A stretch of 64,000 nt of DNA from the NCBI GenBank assembly GCA_010909165.1, contig MU008165.1, positions 1,612,001 through 1,676,000 on the forward strand, given 5' to 3'. Below, in pieces: positions 60,141-64,000 of the stretch. The notes under the pieces are model-generated. The model ran no database searches and was not told the DNA's origin. It saw only the letters and a list, made by a program, of their open reading frames with translations. Numbering within the stretch: the stretch's first letter is position 1; each line of letters opens with the position of its first letter. Source of the stretch: Anthoceros angustus (taxonomy: Eukaryota > Plantae > Anthocerotophyta). The translations under genes and the position numbers were made by a program.

Positions 60141-61956
60141 GTGTTTCCACTGCTGCTGCTTGATGCTCATGATATGGTTGTTGTGGATTAGGGTTTCTAG
60201 GTGATGTGTAATTGCGAGGAGCTCGAGGCAGCCTGTGTGGTGGGGACCACATACATGGTAGGATGCTGAACCTACCAGACTAGATACATAATGTTTAAGG
60301 GCTTGGGGCTCTTCCCCAAAAATGGTAGAGGTAAACTCTAAAATCTTCTCTACAGGTTCTGGGACAACCATTAAACCAAACACTGGATCACAGCATGAAA
60401 CAACAACCACTTTTGGTGAAATTGGTCTATCCACAAGGTAAAGTTCTAAACTGGCTGAGAGTTGCTGTAATTTTGTGCTTAGAGTGCAAATCTGACGAAT
60501 TGAGACAGGTTATATCTCTATGGTGGCTAACCTTATTATCATATGCCTGGTCTTCAAGGAGTTCAATTCTGTATATCAGGTGTTTTAGATCAACAGGGGA
60601 TGGATTGGTCACGTCGAGGTGTAACGAGGCATGACACCTGGAAGTAGATGTCAGTGGCAAAAGCTGGAAGAGTGCTAACAAAGCATGCAGGGCAGCAATT
60701 AGGAAATGGTGAGGGGCAGCGTGGATAGGAAAAAGGTTTGCACTTCTTCTTGCTGCCCGTCATATTGCCTTAGCAATCACTTGTTGTGCCCAGCAGCACG
60801 TTCCCATTTACTGCTAGCCTGCCAGAATTGTTTGAGCATCTTAGAATAAGTTTGTTTCTCCTCCTCGGTCCAGGGCTTGCTGAGCGGCGGTGGGATCCAG
60901 ACTGGGCACTCCCGCTGGACAGGGTCCATCCCTATTGTGTTCAGGTTCTCAGCGCTGTTGCCGCAAAAGAGCATATCTTATTCTCTTCAAGAATTGTAAG
61001 ATTGGGTGAGGATCGCCGCCGGTCTGCGCGACCAGCAATTGTAGCCGCAGTGTTAGACCATATCGCTGGAGCGGACGAGAATCCGAACGGGAGAGAATCC
61101 TGCTCCGATACCATAATATAATTATACACGTATCGGCATCATCAGCGGTGGAAGAACACAAGGCAGAGAGTTGCACACGTGCATATGTTCACGAAAGAAG
61201 ATATGTCAATACAATCATGAGTGTCTTACAAAGTGTGTTGAGTAACCGTCTTAACCTGGAAATAAATAACTGATTTATACTATTATGTTTTACTTAAACC
61301 CAAACGTAGTGGTTAACCTAATGAGTGTATCATGAGTTAGTCTATGTAACAAAGATAACCCAATAATTTCCTCCACCATCCTCCAACTTCCGAAGACGCC
61401 AACAAAATGCTTCGCGCCACTCACAGCCTGGACGACAACGATGTGAGTCCAAGAGTGCTTTACTTGTGAGCGTCATCGTGATCGATGCGTTATCAGGTCC
61501 AAACATATCCTCATTCCTCCGTGGGATTGTACAGGCCTACATTGCGGATGGTGAGGTTCATTCCCAATATCAAAGAGAACTTCATGAATCGCAGCGGAGA
61601 AGAAGCGGAACTGAATACCCCACGCGTCAACAGGCCTTTCAACATTGAGAGCTCCCCCAAGAGGCACTTCCTGAAGGTGTGCCTCACCGTCATGGAAGTT
61701 GAGTTGTGAATTTCATACTCGGTTGAAGTTCTGTCATATTAGAGGCGCCGATTAGTGGACCTGGCCGACGTCGCCGGCTATTAGCCTCCTCGACCATTGA
61801 GGTGCCCCACCACGGACAAGAAATCTTAACTATGTGGAGGGATCCCCATCCAAACAACGGGATGAGCAGGCGAGAAACCAAGCCACTCACAAGGCGGGGC
61901 TGGAATGCGTGGGCGGCTTGTTCAATGCGGATGAATCGACATGCGGTCGCTGAAGA

Positions 61957-62767
61957 GTGCGGCAATTACAGAATGAAGGCGAGGCGATTTCAGACCCTCC
62001 CAAGATCGCCCGTCCGCCATCTTATCACCCCAAACCAGTGAGTGAGACTTTGTTATCTGCAGACACTAGGAGTGTCCAGTGCCAAAAGAGGCGAGCTGCG
62101 GGAGTGCCAATGAGGAAATGTGAAGTGGAAAGCATCAACATTGATTTCGGGAAGGCATGTTGCAATCAGATGTGTCTCCACAGATTGACAAAAGAAAGGT
62201 TTCGTGAACAACGGTATCGCTATTTACAGATGGGGAGGCAGGAGCAGGAAACATTCTCGGAATCCCTGATACAGGTTGTGCGACAGGAGCCGGGGAACGA
62301 CAAAGTTATTACTCATCTTCTGGGGACGGATCCTTTCCGATGCTGCTTGCATGCCTTCTGAAGAGTGTATTGCCTTGGCCACAGCAGGTATGAAGAGTTG
62401 AAGAGTAGAGTCATACTGAATGCACCATGGGATGCCATGAGGTCGAATCCAAAACAGCAGTCTCACCATGCCTTAAGTGCCATAGCTTGGATGGACAATG
62501 CTTTCCTGAACATGGCTGAGAGACTTCCAAATATCGAGGTCTTCAACCTCCCCGACACATGCACGAAACTAGAAATTTGGGGTGAATATAGGCGGCATTG
62601 TCAACAAACAGGCCAGCAATATGTGACATACGCTTGGTTCTTGAAGCTATGGAAAGGGCACTTTAACAGGGTAAAGATTCCAAAGTCCAACAGATTCTCT
62701 ACAGATTGCTCGCTATGTGCTGGATTGAAAACGACTATACGAAATACAATCTCAAAGGTTGATCAAG
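61957..62767 (+). pseudogene. Sola1-like transposase N-terminal part (one in-frame TGA near 62359), ending at an intron donor; catalytic core not seen
   Basis: CCNQMCLHRL, AWMDNAFLNMAERLP..FNLP..TKLEIWGEY..YVTYAWFLKLWKGHF.RVKIPKSNRFSTDCSLC, then AAG|GTAAGT at 62768. Confidence 0.65.
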
Positions 62768-62989
62768 GTAAGTACCATTCTTTTCCCTATCCCATGTGTT
62801 CTAGCATATTGAGGGTGGTTGGCCGCGTAGGCCAAACCCTCAACGGTAGAAAAATGTGCTATGTCCACTATGTCCATATGCCCCCCGCTTCTAGTGTCAG
62901 TTGCTGTGGTGGACGCTAGCTGACCGGCACCCACCATACATCTCATACCATATCCTTAGGGTTATCAGTGGAAGGGTCCAGTGGTCATG

Positions 62990-63013
62990 AGGGCGCCGGC
63001 CGGCCGGCGCCCT
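62990..63013. other. Perfect 24-bp palindrome AGGGCGCCGGCCGGCCGGCGCCCT
   Basis: Self-complementary. A decayed copy lies at 63123-63144. Confidence 0.9.
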
Positions 63014-64000
63014 ATACAGGGAAACCATGCATGTGCGTAATCACATTGCTTGGGCCCCGCCATGCCGGTGTCATGGCTATGACCCTGTCGAGCTTGGAGT
63101 AATAATTAGGTCATGTCCTCGGGGGCGCCGGCTGGCCGACGCCCTCTACCACATAAGCATACTTTGTCGACGATGAGGAAGGCGAATCCACTAATTACTT
63201 TGAATCCAGATTGAACCAAAATGAACCAAACTAGATCAAAATGACAAAGAGACCCAAACTTCTGCGTTTCACATTTGCCGGAGGATCCATTTCTCTTTTT
63301 GTATAGATAAATTGAGGATAGAGAGCCCATATCCAATAGTTTCTTTTTACCATTACAAGAGAATCTACTCCTCTCTTTCTCTCTTTTTCTTGGTGATAAG
63401 GCTCTCCATGACCCTACCTCTCTTTACATGCAAGACCCTACAACTTAGACTTGGGAGGAATCATTAGTACAATTAGAGAACATCCATGGAAAAGCAACAT
63501 GTGTAAAGGATAAGTCAAAATCATGCCACAACACAACAAGAGGCTAATGAAGTTCTATTAGCATAGACTGGACCAACCTATCCAATCTAGGTGAAAGACT
63601 TCATGAACATCATGCTCCACGTCTAGAAAAAATTCCTTAAAATGTTTTCTAGGAATCTAACTTTATGGACTTTCGTGGATGTCCACAAAAGCTTCTTTTG
63701 ACCCCTCCTTCCCCATCTCTCCATGGTAGTATCTAAAGACAACTCGAATTTCTTTCATCCTGCCCAGTGGTTTCAATACCAAGGATAGACGGAGGCCCGT
63801 TTGGCACACACGAACAGGGCATTGCCTAGGGAACAGTCCAAACCAAGGAACAACACACATTTGTCGGGTAGAGAGTTAATGTCTCTTTGTCTAACGAAAA
63901 ATAGAAGGAACGTCCGGAGCCCATCCAATGAGGGGAGCTCGTGTCATGATACAAGCAATATCCTATGCTGGGCAGCGCTATTATATAGGGGACATTGTGA

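Noticed and set aside
61040-61110. RT-like LPFGFSSAP motif (minus strand)
   Set aside because: No downstream YxDD or other RT motifs.
63400-63900. LINE 3' remnant (ERN-like motif on the minus strand)
   Set aside because: Only one weak motif, with no RT domain or poly-A tail.
1-64000. tRNA or rRNA genes
   Set aside because: No recognisable cloverleaf or rRNA signature seen by eye. A tRNAscan-SE or barrnap run would be decisive.

Overview
Eukaryotic nuclear DNA from a seed-free land plant. The WW-type PLS-PPR gene and ~80-130 bp introns fit a hornwort, lycophyte or fern (inference). The first 11.3 kb hold three host genes: a very long PLS-E PPR editing-factor gene (+, 5'-incomplete), a 2-exon PMT/DUF248 methyltransferase (-) and a 9-exon NOP2/Sun RNA m5C methyltransferase (-) with a GC-AG intron, whose 5' end and promoter are tandemly duplicated. 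The rest is a nested transposon stack. After a degenerate MULE, a Gypsy-type accessory ORF is split by a 29.5 kb Ty1/copia element with non-canonical TA...TA LTRs, a CACCC TSD and an antisense extra ORF. That copia is split in its GAG-pre-integrase region by a 23.1 kb Sola2-like DNA transposon (GGG...CCC TIRs, TATG TSD) carrying unidentified cargo ORFs, repeat arrays and an internal ~9.8 kb tandem duplication. The right end holds out-of-order Gypsy pol fragments, a CACTA TnpA-like remnant, a second copia gag fragment and a Sola1-like transposase 5' part. Many TE ORFs are broken by 1-3 bp indels, which may partly be long-read consensus error. All alignments were done by eye.
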